Assembly: GCA_965228475.1 (NCBI GenBank)
Contig: OZ245817.1
Coordinates: forward strand, 4,928,001 to 4,992,000
Source: Myxococcota bacterium
Lineage (GTDB): Bacteria > Myxococcota_A > UBA9160 > JAFDDA01
Length of the DNA stretch: 64,000 nt
Direction: 5' to 3'
Below are positions 31,635 to 43,312 of the stretch, piece by piece (within the stretch, counting starts at the first letter, position 1; the number at the start of each line of letters is the position of its first letter). The notes beneath the pieces were generated by a model. It ran no database searches. It had not been told where the DNA came from and was given only the letters and a program-made list of their open reading frames with translations. The position numbers and the translations under genes were made by a program.

Positions 31635-33449
31635 ATGTTCGAAGGCATCCGATTCCTCGCGCGGGCGCTTCCGCACCTGCCGCGTTTCGCGAGCTACAAG
31701 CCGACGGGGAAGGACTGCGTCCCCCAGCTCCTCGAGGAGCGGGCCGAGGAGTTCGGCGACCGGCCCTTCCTCCATTTCGGCGAGCGGACGGTCTCGTACC
31801 GTGAGCACAACGCGGCGGCCAACCGGGTCGCCCACTGGGCCCACGAGCAGGGGCTTCGCCGCGGCGATTCCGTCGCGCTGCTCATGGAGAACCGGCCCGA
31901 GTATCTCGCCACGTGGATGGGGCTCTCGAAGCTCGGTGTGGTGACGGCGCTGATCAACACGAACCTCACCGGGAAGACGCTCCGCCACGCGCTCGCGACC
32001 TCGAAGGCGGCGCACCTGATCCTCGGTGCCGAATGCGCCGACCGCTTCGCCACCACCGCCGACGATCTCGAGCGCATCCTCTCCGTCCACGTCTACGAGG
32101 ATGCGGACCAGCCCGAACTGCCCGACGCCAGCGGCTGGGGGAGCGACTTCGCCGCCGCCCTCGAGGGCCGGCCCGACGCGAACCCCCCGGCCTCCTGGCG
32201 CGAAGGCCTCGTCTCGGGCGACGACCTCCTCTACATCTACACCTCCGGCACCACCGGGCCGCCGAAGGCCGCGCGCTTCAGCCACCTGCGGTTCTTCTCG
32301 ACCGGCGATCTCGCCGCCTGGGCCCAGGACATCGCGCCGACGGACGTCCACTACTGCGCGCTTCCGCTCTACCACACGGCCGGCGGCGTGATGCAGGTCG
32401 GCGCGACGCTCTTCGGCGGCGCGAGCCTCGCGCTGCGGCGCCGCTTCAGCGCCAGCGCGTTCTGGGACGACGTGCGCAAGTACGAAGCGACGCACTTCCA
32501 GTACATCGGCGAGTTCTGCCGCTACCTCGTCGCGCAGCCGGAGCGCGCGAACGACCGCGATCACCGCATCCGCGTCGCCGTCGGCAACGGCCTGCGCCCG
32601 GACATCTGGCCGACCTTCCGCGACCGCTTCGCGATCCCGCAGATCCTCGAGTTCTACGGCGCGACGGAAGGCAACGTCGCCTTCGTGAACTTCGAGAACA
32701 AGGAAGGCTCGGTGGGCCGCTACCCGAGCGCGCTCCTGCGGCGCCTGATGTCGAACGCGCGCATCGTGCAGTACGACGTCGAGAACGAAACGCACCCGCG
32801 CGGCGAGGACGGTTTCCTGATCGAATGCGCCGCCGACGAGCCCGGCGAGCTGATCGGCCGCATTCCGAAGGACAAGGCCCAGGCCGCCGGGCGCTTCGAG
32901 GGCTACACGTCCGAGGACGCCACGGCGAAGAAGATCCTGCGCGACGTCTTCGAGCCCGGCGATGCGTGGTTCCGTACCGGCGACCTCATGCGCTGCGACG
33001 CCCAGGGCTTCCACTACTTCGTCGACCGCATCGGGGACACGTTCCGCTGGAAGGGCGAGAACGTCTCGACCCAAGAGGTCGCCGAGGTGCTCGCCGGCTT
33101 CCCGGGCCTCGACATGATCAACGTCTACGGCGTCGAGGTGCCCGGCGCCGACGGGCGCGCCGGGATGGTCGCCTTCGTCCCCGTCCCCGGGAGCACCTTC
33201 GACCCGGCGGCGTTCAACGACTACGTCGCCGAGCGCCTGCCGGCCTACGCCGTGCCGGCCTTCGTGCGCGCGCTCCACGACGTCGAGGTCACGGGCACGT
33301 TCAAGCTGCGCAAGGTCGAGCTTCGCCGGGAGGGCTTCTCCGAGGCGGTCCGCGACCCGCTCTGGGTCCGTGACGCCGGGTCCGGCAGCTACGTCCCGTT
33401 GACCCCGGAGCGCCGCGCGGAGATCCAGGCCGGCAAGTTCCGGCTCTAA
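31635..33449 (+). CDS. Long-chain acyl-CoA synthetase, FATP/FadD6-like
   Basis: YIYTSGTTGPPKAA, YIGEFCRYL, GNGLRPD, DRIGDTFRWKGENVST. Confidence 0.92.
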   Translation: MFEGIRFLARALPHLPRFASYKPTGKDCVPQLLEERAEEFGDRPFLHFGERTVSYREHNAAANRVAHWAHEQGLRRGDSVALLMENRPEYLATWMGLSKLGVVTALINTNLTGKTLRHALATSKAAHLILGAECADRFATTADDLERILSVHVYEDADQPELPDASGWGSDFAAALEGRPDANPPASWREGLVSGDDLLYIYTSGTTGPPKAARFSHLRFFSTGDLAAWAQDIAPTDVHYCALPLYHTAGGVMQVGATLFGGASLALRRRFSASAFWDDVRKYEATHFQYIGEFCRYLVAQPERANDRDHRIRVAVGNGLRPDIWPTFRDRFAIPQILEFYGATEGNVAFVNFENKEGSVGRYPSALLRRLMSNARIVQYDVENETHPRGEDGFLIECAADEPGELIGRIPKDKAQAAGRFEGYTSEDATAKKILRDVFEPGDAWFRTGDLMRCDAQGFHYFVDRIGDTFRWKGENVSTQEVAEVLAGFPGLDMINVYGVEVPGADGRAGMVAFVPVPGSTFDPAAFNDYVAERLPAYAVPAFVRALHDVEVTGTFKLRKVELRREGFSEAVRDPLWVRDAGSGSYVPLTPERRAEIQAGKFRL

Positions 33450-33505
33450 CGCGCCCCCGCGGCTCGAAGCCCGGGCCACCCTCAAGCGGGCCTCCTGCGA
33501 GGTCG

Positions 33506-34093
33506 ATGACGAAAAGGATGGCACGGGAACCGCGCATCCTCGCTGGCTTCGTCCAGGGAACGCTCGAAGCGATCGACGCCCTCGACGCCGAGCTCGGCGC
33601 GCGCACCCGCGAAGCGCTGAAACCCGAAGTCCTTGCGCAGATCGACGAGGCCTGGGCCGCGAGCTGGCTGCCCATCGAGTGCGATGCGGCCCTCACCGAA
33701 GCGCTCTTCGAAGTCGCCGGCGAGCGGCGCGCATGCGAGGTCATGCGGGAGAATCTCGTCGCGACCTTCCGCAAGCCCATCCTTGAGACGCTCGTCCTGG
33801 CCTCGCTCCGCACGTTCAAGGCCAGCCCGGCGGGCCTGCTGCGCGTCGCACCGCGCGTCTGGGGGCTGCTCCTCCGGGATGCGGGAACCATGACCGTCGA
33901 GGCGGGGGAGCAGAGCGTCCGGGTCCGCATGACCGGCCTCCCTCCCGAGGTCGCACAGAGCCGCCCCTACCTGCTGGGCATCGAGGCGTCGATCTCGGCG
34001 ATCTTCGAGCTGGTGGACGTCTGCGGCACGAGCCGGCTCGAATCCCACGAGGGAAGCGAGGCGTGCTTCCTCGTCGAGTGGGAGCCAAGCTAG
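33506..34093 (+). CDS. Hypothetical protein
   Basis: Fills the gap with host-like codon usage; no family recognised with confidence. Confidence 0.65.
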   Translation: MTKRMAREPRILAGFVQGTLEAIDALDAELGARTREALKPEVLAQIDEAWAASWLPIECDAALTEALFEVAGERRACEVMRENLVATFRKPILETLVLASLRTFKASPAGLLRVAPRVWGLLLRDAGTMTVEAGEQSVRVRMTGLPPEVAQSRPYLLGIEASISAIFELVDVCGTSRLESHEGSEACFLVEWEPS

Positions 34094-34107
34094 GGTACTC
34101 TCGCGCC

Positions 34108-34908
34108 ATGGAGAGCGAGGCCCAAAGCCCCGACCGATCGCTCCGCAGCTCGGCCTCCCCGTGGACGCTCCTGCGCACGGCGCTCGGCGGCCCCCGCGAG
34201 ATCGCCGGAAAGCTCCGCCGTCTCGGCCGCACCGTCCGGCTCTACGTCTCCCCGGGCGAGGTGCGTGGCCGGCTCGAGAACCTGCGCGCCGCGGGCCTCA
34301 TCGACGAGATCCCGGGCCGCGCGCAGATCTTCTTCGGCGGCCTCGACATGCTGCGCTTCGTGATCTCTCCCTTCGCGCGGGAGTACTACGAGCAGCAGGG
34401 CATCTCCTTCGGATTCCATCAGCTTCTGCGCGTGCTCGACGATCCGGTCTCGATGATCGACCCGACCGGGTTCCTCTCCGAGCGCGACACGATCATCGGC
34501 CACGTGATGCAGGTCGTTCATCTGAACCCGATCTACGACCTCCAGCTCATGACGATGTTCGAGGGCGGCCTCGAGGAGTTCGAGCGGCAGGTCGAGCAGA
34601 TGGTCGAGGGCACGCATCCGCGCCACCGGACGATCTCGGCGATCGTCGAGGAGCCCGGGTACCACGCGGATCTGCTCACCTACGTGCGCCGCTACCGGGC
34701 GGATCCGAAGGCGGCGCCGATCGTCCGCGAGCAGGGGCCCCTGCGCTCGGACCCCCGCGCGGCGGCCGCCGAGCGGACCTTCGCCACCCTCCCGGGCTTC
34801 GTGCGGTATTGCCACCGGCTGCCCACCGGGTTCGCGGCCAACCTGGCCCGGCTCCGGCGGGTCGACGGTTTCCCCATCGAGTGGGCGGAGCCCGAAGCCG
34901 CGGCCTGA
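34108..34908 (+). CDS. Hypothetical protein
   Basis: Protein-like composition, strong G/C bias at codon position 3; function not recognised. Confidence 0.7.
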   Translation: MESEAQSPDRSLRSSASPWTLLRTALGGPREIAGKLRRLGRTVRLYVSPGEVRGRLENLRAAGLIDEIPGRAQIFFGGLDMLRFVISPFAREYYEQQGISFGFHQLLRVLDDPVSMIDPTGFLSERDTIIGHVMQVVHLNPIYDLQLMTMFEGGLEEFERQVEQMVEGTHPRHRTISAIVEEPGYHADLLTYVRRYRADPKAAPIVREQGPLRSDPRAAAAERTFATLPGFVRYCHRLPTGFAANLARLRRVDGFPIEWAEPEAAA

Positions 34909-34998
34909 GCCCGGCCCCGCACGAGCCCGGGGCGGGGTGCAGGCTGCAGCTTGCAGCGGAGCCCCGGCCTTGCAGGACCGCCGCGGGCGCGTGTCTTG

Positions 34999-35011
34999 CA
35001 AGTACCTGATT
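34999..35011 (-). promoter_or_regulatory. IHF-binding site
   Basis: Reverse strand AATCAG-GTAC-TTG matches WATCAR-N4-TTR, ~30 bp upstream of the sigma54 site. Confidence 0.65.
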
Positions 35012-35039
35012 TCATTGCGATTCGGATGGCCGAGGGGCG

Positions 35040-35055
35040 CGGCACGGCGCTTGCT
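35040..35055 (+). promoter_or_regulatory. Sigma54 (-24/-12) promoter
   Basis: cGGcacggcgcttGCt with exact GG-N10-GC spacing. Confidence 0.8.
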
Positions 35056-35097
35056 ATCCGCAAGGGTCATGCGAGACCCTAGAATCCCGAGGAAGTC

Positions 35098-36272
35098 ATG
35101 AACCGCCACCACCGATCCCGCCGGGCCTCCCGTCGCACGCGCCGAGCCGAGCGAGCCGGCCGAGGCCGCGGGCCCGAGCCGCCCGAGGGCTCCGAGTGGC
35201 TCGACACGCTCTCGGACCACGAGGTCGAGCGGGAGCTCTCCCGCCGCGAGCGGGAGGAGGCCCGCGCCGCCCGTCGCGCCCGCCGGGGCCGGCGCAGCCG
35301 CGACCTCTCTCCCGAGGAGCGCGCCTATCTCGAGGCCCGCCGGAAGGCCAACGCGCGCCTCGGTTTCCTCTTCCACTTCATTCCCTACGCCGCGACGTGC
35401 TTCTTCCTGCTGCTCGTCGCCGGCTTCCGGGCGTTCCTCTCCGTCGCCGTCTTCTGGGGCATCGGCGTCGCGTGCCACTGGTTCGCGATGCAGGGGCCGG
35501 AGCTCCGCCGGCGCTGGGTCGAGGACGAGGTGAACAAGAAGCTCACGAGCTCGGTGCATCAAGAGCGGCGGGTGATGAAGACCCAGCACAACCGCTCGAT
35601 GGAGGAGCTCACGGCGAGCATCGCCCACGAGATCCGCAACCCGATCACCGCGGCCAAGAGCCTCGTCCAGCAGATGGGCGAGGATCCCGCCGCGGACGAC
35701 AACATCGAGTACGCGAAGGTGGCCCTCGAGGAACTCGACCGTGTCGAGCGCTCCGTCTCCCATCTCCTGAAGTTCGCGCGCGACGAGGACGTGCACATGT
35801 CGGACATGACCATGTCCGACGTGATCGAAGCCGCCCTCGACACGTTCCAGGACCGCATCCAGAGCCTCGGCGTCGAGATCCACAAGGAGCTCGACGCGGA
35901 AGGCGCCATGCGCGGCGACCCGGAGAAGCTCCGCCGCGTGATCATCAACCTGTTCGGCAACGCGCTCGACGCCCTCGAGCAGTCCGGCACGCGCAACCCG
36001 AGCGTCGCGATCCAGGCCGGCGAGAATCTCGCGGGGACGGAGGTCTGGGTGCGCATCCGCGACAACGGCCCCGGCATGGAGCCCGAGCGCGTCGACAAGA
36101 TCTTCAAGCCCTTCTACACGTCGAAGGCGAACGGGACGGGCCTCGGCCTCGCCATCACGAAGAAGCTCGTCGATGCGCACGGCGGCACGATTGAAGCGGC
36201 CTCGCGGCCGGGCGACGGGGCGGAGTTCCTGCTGACCTTCCCGAAGTCCGGCGGCACGAACGAGGCTTCCGT

Positions 36273-36276
<4 letters not shown>
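35098..36276 (+). CDS. Sensor histidine kinase with a 2TM-like N-terminal membrane hairpin
   Basis: AHEIRNP, NLFGNALDA, DNGPG, FYTSK, GTGLGL. Confidence 0.92.
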
Positions 36277-37678
<1,402 letters not shown>

Positions 37679-37682
<4 letters not shown>

Positions 37683-38092
37683 GATCGACGGTGGATGCAG
37701 TGGACGATTGGCTCGAAGAGAACCTGCACGGCGGGCGTACGGACGCGGCGCGCATGCGGCGCCGGCGCGAGCGACTGGGCCTCCTGCGCTCGCGCGACGA
37801 GCTGCGCCGGGCGGCGGCGAGCGTGCTCTTCCTGCGCAACAAGCTCGAAGCGGAGCAGACCGAGCGCCGGGTGCGCATGGCGCGCGCGTGCCACGCCATC
37901 CTGCGCGCGGCGCGCGACGAGGACGACGCCACGGCCCTGCCCCTGCTTCGCTACCGCGACATGCTGCGGGAGAGGGCGAAGGCCGCGGAGGAAGAGCTCG
38001 CCGGGCTGCGGACCCAGGCGGCCGACGCCAAATCGGCCCTCGCCCGCATCACGCGGCAGCTCGGACGCTTCGACCGGGCCCGCGGCGAGTGA
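37679..38092 (+). CDS. Hypothetical coiled-coil protein
   Basis: ATGA overlap with the regulator stop; E/R/L/A-rich helical sequence. Confidence 0.6.
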
Positions 38093-38123
38093 GGCGCGCC
38101 CCCTCGACCCCCGGCCCCGGCGC

Positions 38124-38873
38124 GTGAAGCTCCACCGCCTGGCCTGCGGCTGGCTCACGGGGCCGGCGCCCGCGTTCCTCGAGAACGGCGAAGGGCGGCT
38201 GCGCGTCCCCGTTCCTGCCTGGCTGATCGAGCACCCGCGCGGCACGGTGCTCTTCGACGCGGGCATGCACCCCGACGTCGCAACGGACGCGCCGGCCCGC
38301 CTCGGCCCCCTCGCGCAGATCTTCGACGCCGAATACGCCCCCGCCGACCGCTGCGCGGCGCGCATCGAGGAGCGCGGCTTCGACCCCGGCCGCATCGACT
38401 TCCTCGTGAACTCGCACCTGCACTTCGACCACGCCGGCGGGAACGAAACGGTTCCGAACGCGCGCCTCGTCCTCCAGCGCCGGGAGTGGGAGGCCGGGAA
38501 CGACCCGGACCTCGCCGCGAGCAACGGCTATGCGAAGCACGACTTCGACCACGGCCACGATCGCCTGCTCGTCGACGGCGAGCACGACCTGTTCGGTGAC
38601 GGCAGTGTCGTGTGCATCCCGACCTACGGCCATACGCCGGGGCACCAATCGCTGCGCGTGCGCCTTCCCACGGGCGGCGAACACATCCTCACCGCCGACG
38701 CCTGCTACCTGCGCGAAACCCTCGACGCGCTCCACCTGCCCGGCGTGAGCCACGACCGCGAACAGATGCTCGCGACGCTCCACCGCCTCCGCGCGCTCGA
38801 AGCCGCCGGAAGCACCCTCGTCTTCGGCCACGACCCGGAACAATGGGCGACCCTGCCCGAAACCCTCGTCTGA
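38124..38873 (+). CDS. N-acyl-homoserine-lactonase-family metallo-beta-lactamase
   Basis: SHLHFDHAGG, DGEHDLFGDGSV, GHTPGHQS, ADACY, GHD; GTG start inferred. Confidence 0.85.
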   Translation: MKLHRLACGWLTGPAPAFLENGEGRLRVPVPAWLIEHPRGTVLFDAGMHPDVATDAPARLGPLAQIFDAEYAPADRCAARIEERGFDPGRIDFLVNSHLHFDHAGGNETVPNARLVLQRREWEAGNDPDLAASNGYAKHDFDHGHDRLLVDGEHDLFGDGSVVCIPTYGHTPGHQSLRVRLPTGGEHILTADACYLRETLDALHLPGVSHDREQMLATLHRLRALEAAGSTLVFGHDPEQWATLPETLV

Positions 38874-38893
38874 CCACCGAACAGGGAGCCGCC

Positions 38894-39328
38894 ATGCCCA
38901 CCGTCTCGGAACGTCTCTCCGCCGCCTTCGCCGGGCGTCCCGTGTGGATGAACGCGCTCATGCTCTTCTGCGCGTACATGGCCATCTTCTACTGCCCGTG
39001 GGACATCTTCGTGAAGCCGGTGGCGACGGACGAAGAGGTCTGGTTCGGCGTCATCTTCCACGGCGAGATGGCCAAGTGGCTCGCCATCCCGCACTGGATC
39101 GTGTACGCCGCCATGGCCTACGGCTTCTTCGGGATGCGCTCGTGGATGCACCCCTTCGCCGCGATCTACTGGGCGCAGGTCACCATCTCGATGCTCGTCT
39201 GGCCCATCCTCTACCGGGACGGCGCGGGCGCCTACGCCGTGGGCCTCGTCTCCTTCAGCCTGTTCGCGGCACTCACGCTCGCGATCTGGCGCGCGAAGCC
39301 GCTGTTCACCGGGGGGCGCCCCGGTTAG
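38894..39328 (+). CDS. Hypothetical membrane protein (~4 TM)
   Basis: GGGAG RBS, hydrophobic segments, DEEVWFG motif. Confidence 0.75.
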   Translation: MPTVSERLSAAFAGRPVWMNALMLFCAYMAIFYCPWDIFVKPVATDEEVWFGVIFHGEMAKWLAIPHWIVYAAMAYGFFGMRSWMHPFAAIYWAQVTISMLVWPILYRDGAGAYAVGLVSFSLFAALTLAIWRAKPLFTGGRPG

Positions 39329-39353
39329 GCTCTGGCGCCCAAGGGAGGCATCC

Positions 39354-40127
39354 GTGCCCGAGTTCTGCACCGCCGAGCGCGACGGTCACCTGACCGTCGT
39401 GACGATCAACCGTCCGGACGTGATGAACGCGCTGCATCCGCCCGCCTGCGCCGAGCTCGCCGAGGTCTTCGACGCCTTCGAGGCGGACCCGGACCAGTGG
39501 GTCGCGATCCTGACCGGCGAAGGCGACCGCGCCTTCTCCGCCGGCAACGATCTCAAGTTCCAGGCCGCGGGAGGCGACCTCTCCTGGCCGCCTTCGGGCT
39601 TCGGGGGAATCACGAGCCGCTTCGAAATGGAGAAGCCCGTCATCGCCGCGGTGAACGGCCTCGCTCTCGGCGGCGGCTGCGAGATGGTGCTGGCGTGCGA
39701 CATCGCCGTCGCCTCGGCCAACGCGAGCCTCGGGTTGCCGGAACCGCGCGTCGGCCTGCTGGCCCTCGGCGGCGGCCTCCATCGCATCCCGCGCCAGGTC
39801 GCGAGCAAGCATGCGATGGGAATGCTGCTGACCGGACGGCGCGTGCCTGCGGAGGAGGCGCTCGCCATGGGTCTCGTGAACGAGGTCGTACCGGAGGGCG
39901 AAGCGCTCGCCGGCGCGCGCCGCTGGGCGGAGATGATCCTCGAGTGCGCGCCGCTCTCGGTCCGGGCGAGCAAGCGCGTCGCCCAGGAGACGCTGGCCCA
40001 CGCGACCCTCGAGGCGGCGGTCGAGAGCTCCTACCCGGCGGTCCGCACCGTGCTGAAGAGCGACGACTTCCAGGAGGGCCCGCGCGCCTTCGCGGAAAAG
40101 CGCAAGCCGGATTGGAAGGGCCGCTAG
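39354..40127 (+). CDS. Enoyl-CoA hydratase (crotonase family)
   Basis: AFSAGNDLK, NGLALGGGCE, LPEPRVG, EGPRAFAEKRKP. Confidence 0.93.
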   Translation: MPEFCTAERDGHLTVVTINRPDVMNALHPPACAELAEVFDAFEADPDQWVAILTGEGDRAFSAGNDLKFQAAGGDLSWPPSGFGGITSRFEMEKPVIAAVNGLALGGGCEMVLACDIAVASANASLGLPEPRVGLLALGGGLHRIPRQVASKHAMGMLLTGRRVPAEEALAMGLVNEVVPEGEALAGARRWAEMILECAPLSVRASKRVAQETLAHATLEAAVESSYPAVRTVLKSDDFQEGPRAFAEKRKPDWKGR

Positions 40128-40226
40128 CCGGGGCCGGCCGGGGATCTGCGGAAAGGCGCTCGCCGCCGCCATTTTCGCCGGTTCGCCGCCACTCAACTCC
40201 GTGCACCTCGATGCATCGGAGTCCCC

Positions 40227-40856
40227 ATGCGGAAGCCTCTCCTCCTGCTCTGTCTCCTGCTCGGCCACGCCGCCGCGGCCCAGGCCGGAACGCTCACCTT
40301 CTACACGGACCGCGCCGCCTGGCTCGCGGATGCGGCGACGGCCGGCCTGACCGTGACGGTCGAGGACTTCGCGAGCGATCCGGGTTCCCTGGCGGCGCTC
40401 GACGTCGGCGGCGTCGAGATCGCCATCACCTCGACCCGCGCGGTCTGGGACGCTGGGAACGAGCGCATCGGCTACCTCTCGGGTGGCGGGCGCCTCCTCA
40501 CCTTCGACGTGGTGTCGAGCCTCTCGCCGCTGTTCGGCTTCGGTCTCGATCTCGGTCCGACCATCGGGAACATCGGCACCACGGACGTCGACGGCGTGAG
40601 CCTCGCCGAGGGCGCCGGTGGCGGCGATCCGCACTTCCTCGGCGTGCTCGGCACCGCGGCGCTCGACCCGGCGAACCCCTTCCCCTCGAACCCCGCCCTT
40701 TCCTTCGACGACGAGTTCCTCACTTCGGGTCTCGCCCTGAGCGTGCACCTGGATGATCTGAGCGTCGCGACGGGCGTGCCCGAGCCGGGCCGGCTCGGGC
40801 TGCTCGCGTTCGCTTCTGCGGCGCTGGCCGCGAGCCGTCGCTCGCTCCGCCGCTAG
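40227..40856 (+). CDS. PEP-CTERM sorting-domain protein
   Basis: Signal peptide; C-terminal VPEP, hydrophobic helix, then RRSLRR. Confidence 0.85.
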   Translation: MRKPLLLLCLLLGHAAAAQAGTLTFYTDRAAWLADAATAGLTVTVEDFASDPGSLAALDVGGVEIAITSTRAVWDAGNERIGYLSGGGRLLTFDVVSSLSPLFGFGLDLGPTIGNIGTTDVDGVSLAEGAGGGDPHFLGVLGTAALDPANPFPSNPALSFDDEFLTSGLALSVHLDDLSVATGVPEPGRLGLLAFASAALAASRRSLRR

Positions 40857-41899
40857 GCCCAGCAGACCGCCACGGTGCGCGGCCCGCGGTAGGGCAGCCG
40901 TCCGTGGGAGGTGCTGTGGTTGTCGATGGCCACCACGTCGCCCTGCTGCCAGCGCTCGATCACCAGGTGACGCCAGACGACGTCGCGCACGTGGTCGAGG
41001 TCCGCGTCCGGGATCTCGCGGCCGTCGAGGTAGGTGCACTCCATGGCCCGCCGCTCGACGGGGGTCCGGCGCTGCAGCACGGAGAGCACGCGCGCCACGC
41101 CCACCAGCGCCCGGTTGCGCCAGCTCGGCCGGAGTTCGGCGATCTTCCGGTACTCGCCCTCGGCCTGGGAGCTGTGGAAGCTCGTCACGTGGTTGTGCCA
41201 CACGGTCTCGCCGGTCGCCGGATGGGTGCGGGTGACGGGCTGGGTCGAGACGAGCCGGAGACCGTCCTCGTCAACCCACTCGGCGCGGAACCCCTGCTCG
41301 GCGCATTTGGCTTCGACCGCGGCGCGGTCCGTGGTGAGGAACATCTCGTGCCACGGCTTGAGCCGCCAGAGATCGAAGCGGCTTCCGCCCGAGGGCCCCG
41401 AGTAGTTGCGAACGATGCGGAGCCCGCCCTCTTCGAAGCGCTTCTTCACGCCGGGGTCGAGGTCGCGCCAGACGCGACGGAAGTCGCAGAGCGGCGTCTC
41501 ACCGCCCTCGCCTTCGTTCGGCTCGAGGGCGCTGAAGAACACGCGGCGCGGCGGGTCCGCCGTGAAGCTCATCTCGCAGTGCTGCGGGATGGGGAAGAAC
41601 GGCGGTAGCTCGCTCGCCGAGAAGACGTATCCGGATTCGGTGATTGCGTCGCGGGGAGACGTGCCGAGATACTCCCTCGCGAGTTCCGGCTCGATCGCAC
41701 GCGCGACGGTCTCGAAGTCGTCGCCGCTACGCACGGAGAAACCGCGAAAGAGCAGCGCGCCGTGGGCGGTCAGCTGCTCGGCCACCCACTCGGGGCGTTC
41801 GCGGAGCCACCCCGCCAGGCGGGCGACCGAGCCGTCCTGCCCGGCGCGAATGGCGAGGGGAAGCCCGCTCTCGGTGAGCGGCGCGATTTCGTAGCTCAT
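40853..41899 (-). CDS. TauD/TfdA family Fe(II)/2-oxoglutarate dioxygenase (SyrP-like)
   Basis: HGALLFRGF, QHCEMSF, GGETP, WQQGDV...DN...HGRLPY. Confidence 0.88.
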   Translation of the reverse strand: MSYEIAPLTESGLPLAIRAGQDGSVARLAGWLRERPEWVAEQLTAHGALLFRGFSVRSGDDFETVARAIEPELAREYLGTSPRDAITESGYVFSASELPPFFPIPQHCEMSFTADPPRRVFFSALEPNEGEGGETPLCDFRRVWRDLDPGVKKRFEEGGLRIVRNYSGPSGGSRFDLWRLKPWHEMFLTTDRAAVEAKCAEQGFRAEWVDEDGLRLVSTQPVTRTHPATGETVWHNHVTSFHSSQAEGEYRKIAELRPSWRNRALVGVARVLSVLQRRTPVERRAMECTYLDGREIPDADLDHVRDVVWRHLVIERWQQGDVVAIDNHSTSHGRLPYRGPRTVAVCWA

Positions 41900-42024
41900 G
41901 GACCGATTCTCCCACCGCGGACGGGGCCACCACAAGGGCTGCTTGGTGCCCGCGATCCGGCAGTTGCTTGGTGCCGCCCGTCGGTCAGTTAAGATGGCGG
42001 CCGCGCCCACGGAAAGGATTCCAA

Positions 42025-42642
42025 GTGAAACTCTATGACAGCATCGGCCCGAACCCCCGGGTCGTGCGGATCTTCGCCGCCGAGAAGGGCATCGAGCTCG
42101 AGAAGGAGACCGTCGATCTCCGGGGCGGCGAGAATCGCCAGGCGGAGCACCTCGCCCGCAACCCCGCCGGCCAGACGCCCTGCCTCGAACTCGACGACGG
42201 CAGCTTCCTCTCGGAGATCACCGTGATCTGCGAGTACCTCGAAGAAAAGAAGCCCGAGCCGGCTCTCATCGGGACGACGCCCGAGGAGCGTGCGGAAACC
42301 CGCATGTGGACCCGCCGCATCGACCTGAACATCGCGGAGAACACGCTCAACGGCTTCCGCTTCGCGGAGGGGCTCGGCCTCTTCAAGGATCGCATCCGCG
42401 TGATCCCCCAGGCCGCGGACGACCTGAAGGCCACGCGCCAGGACAAGCTCCTCTGGCTCGACGGTCTGCTCGAAGGCCGCAACTGGGTCTGCGGCGATCG
42501 CTTCACCCTGGCCGACGTGCTGCTGTTCGCCATGTGCGAGTTCGGGAACCAGGTCGGGCAACCGCTTCCCGAGGGCGCGAGCTGGCTGCCCGGCTGGTAC
42601 GAGCGCGTCTCGAAGCGTCCCTCGATCGAGGCCTCGCAATGA
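42025..42642 (+). CDS. Glutathione S-transferase family protein
   Basis: [29 protein letters not shown]. Confidence 0.9.
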   Translation: MKLYDSIGPNPRVVRIFAAEKGIELEKETVDLRGGENRQAEHLARNPAGQTPCLELDDGSFLSEITVICEYLEEKKPEPALIGTTPEERAETRMWTRRIDLNIAENTLNGFRFAEGLGLFKDRIRVIPQAADDLKATRQDKLLWLDGLLEGRNWVCGDRFTLADVLLFAMCEFGNQVGQPLPEGASWLPGWYERVSKRPSIEASQ

Positions 42643-43310
42643 TCGAGCTGCTGACGGCGCCGACGCCCAATGGGTGGAAGGCGTCGATCGCGCTCGAGGA
42701 GATGGCCCTGCCCTACGAGGTCCGGGCCATCGACCTCGGCGCGCTCGAGCAGAAGGAGGAGTGGTTCCTCGCGACCAACCCGAACGGCCGCATCCCCGCG
42801 ATCATCGACCACGGTGAAGGCGACTTCGCCGTGTTCGAATCCGGCGCCATCCTCGTGTACCTGGCCGAGAAGACCGGCCAGTTCCTGCCGAGCGACGCCA
42901 AGGGGCGCTCCGTCGTCCTCCAGTGGCTGATGTTCCAGATGGGCGGGCTCGGCCCGATGCAGGGCCAGGCGAACGTCTTCTTCCGCTACGCGGAGGAGAA
43001 GATTCCCTTCGCCATCGCGCGCTACCAGAACGAGACGCGGCGGCTCTACGAGGTGCTCGACCGCCGCCTCGGCGAAGCCGAATACCTGGCCGGCGACTAC
43101 TCGATCGCCGACATGGCGGCCTGGCCGTGGGTCTCGCTGCACGGCTGGGCGGGCGTCGAGGTCGAAGGCCTCGGCAACCTCGAGCGCTGGCTCGAGGCGG
43201 TCGGAGGCCGCCCCGCGGTGCAGCGCGGCCGCGCCGTTCCCCAGCCGCCCGAAGCGCGGCCCGACCCCGACGCGATCGTCAAGGCCGGCTCGAAGATGCT
43301 CGGGAAGTAG
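42639..43310 (+). CDS. Glutathione S-transferase, YfcG/Nu-class-like
   Basis: [34 protein letters not shown]. Confidence 0.92.
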   Translation: MIELLTAPTPNGWKASIALEEMALPYEVRAIDLGALEQKEEWFLATNPNGRIPAIIDHGEGDFAVFESGAILVYLAEKTGQFLPSDAKGRSVVLQWLMFQMGGLGPMQGQANVFFRYAEEKIPFAIARYQNETRRLYEVLDRRLGEAEYLAGDYSIADMAAWPWVSLHGWAGVEVEGLGNLERWLEAVGGRPAVQRGRAVPQPPEARPDPDAIVKAGSKMLGK

Positions 43311-43312
43311 CC

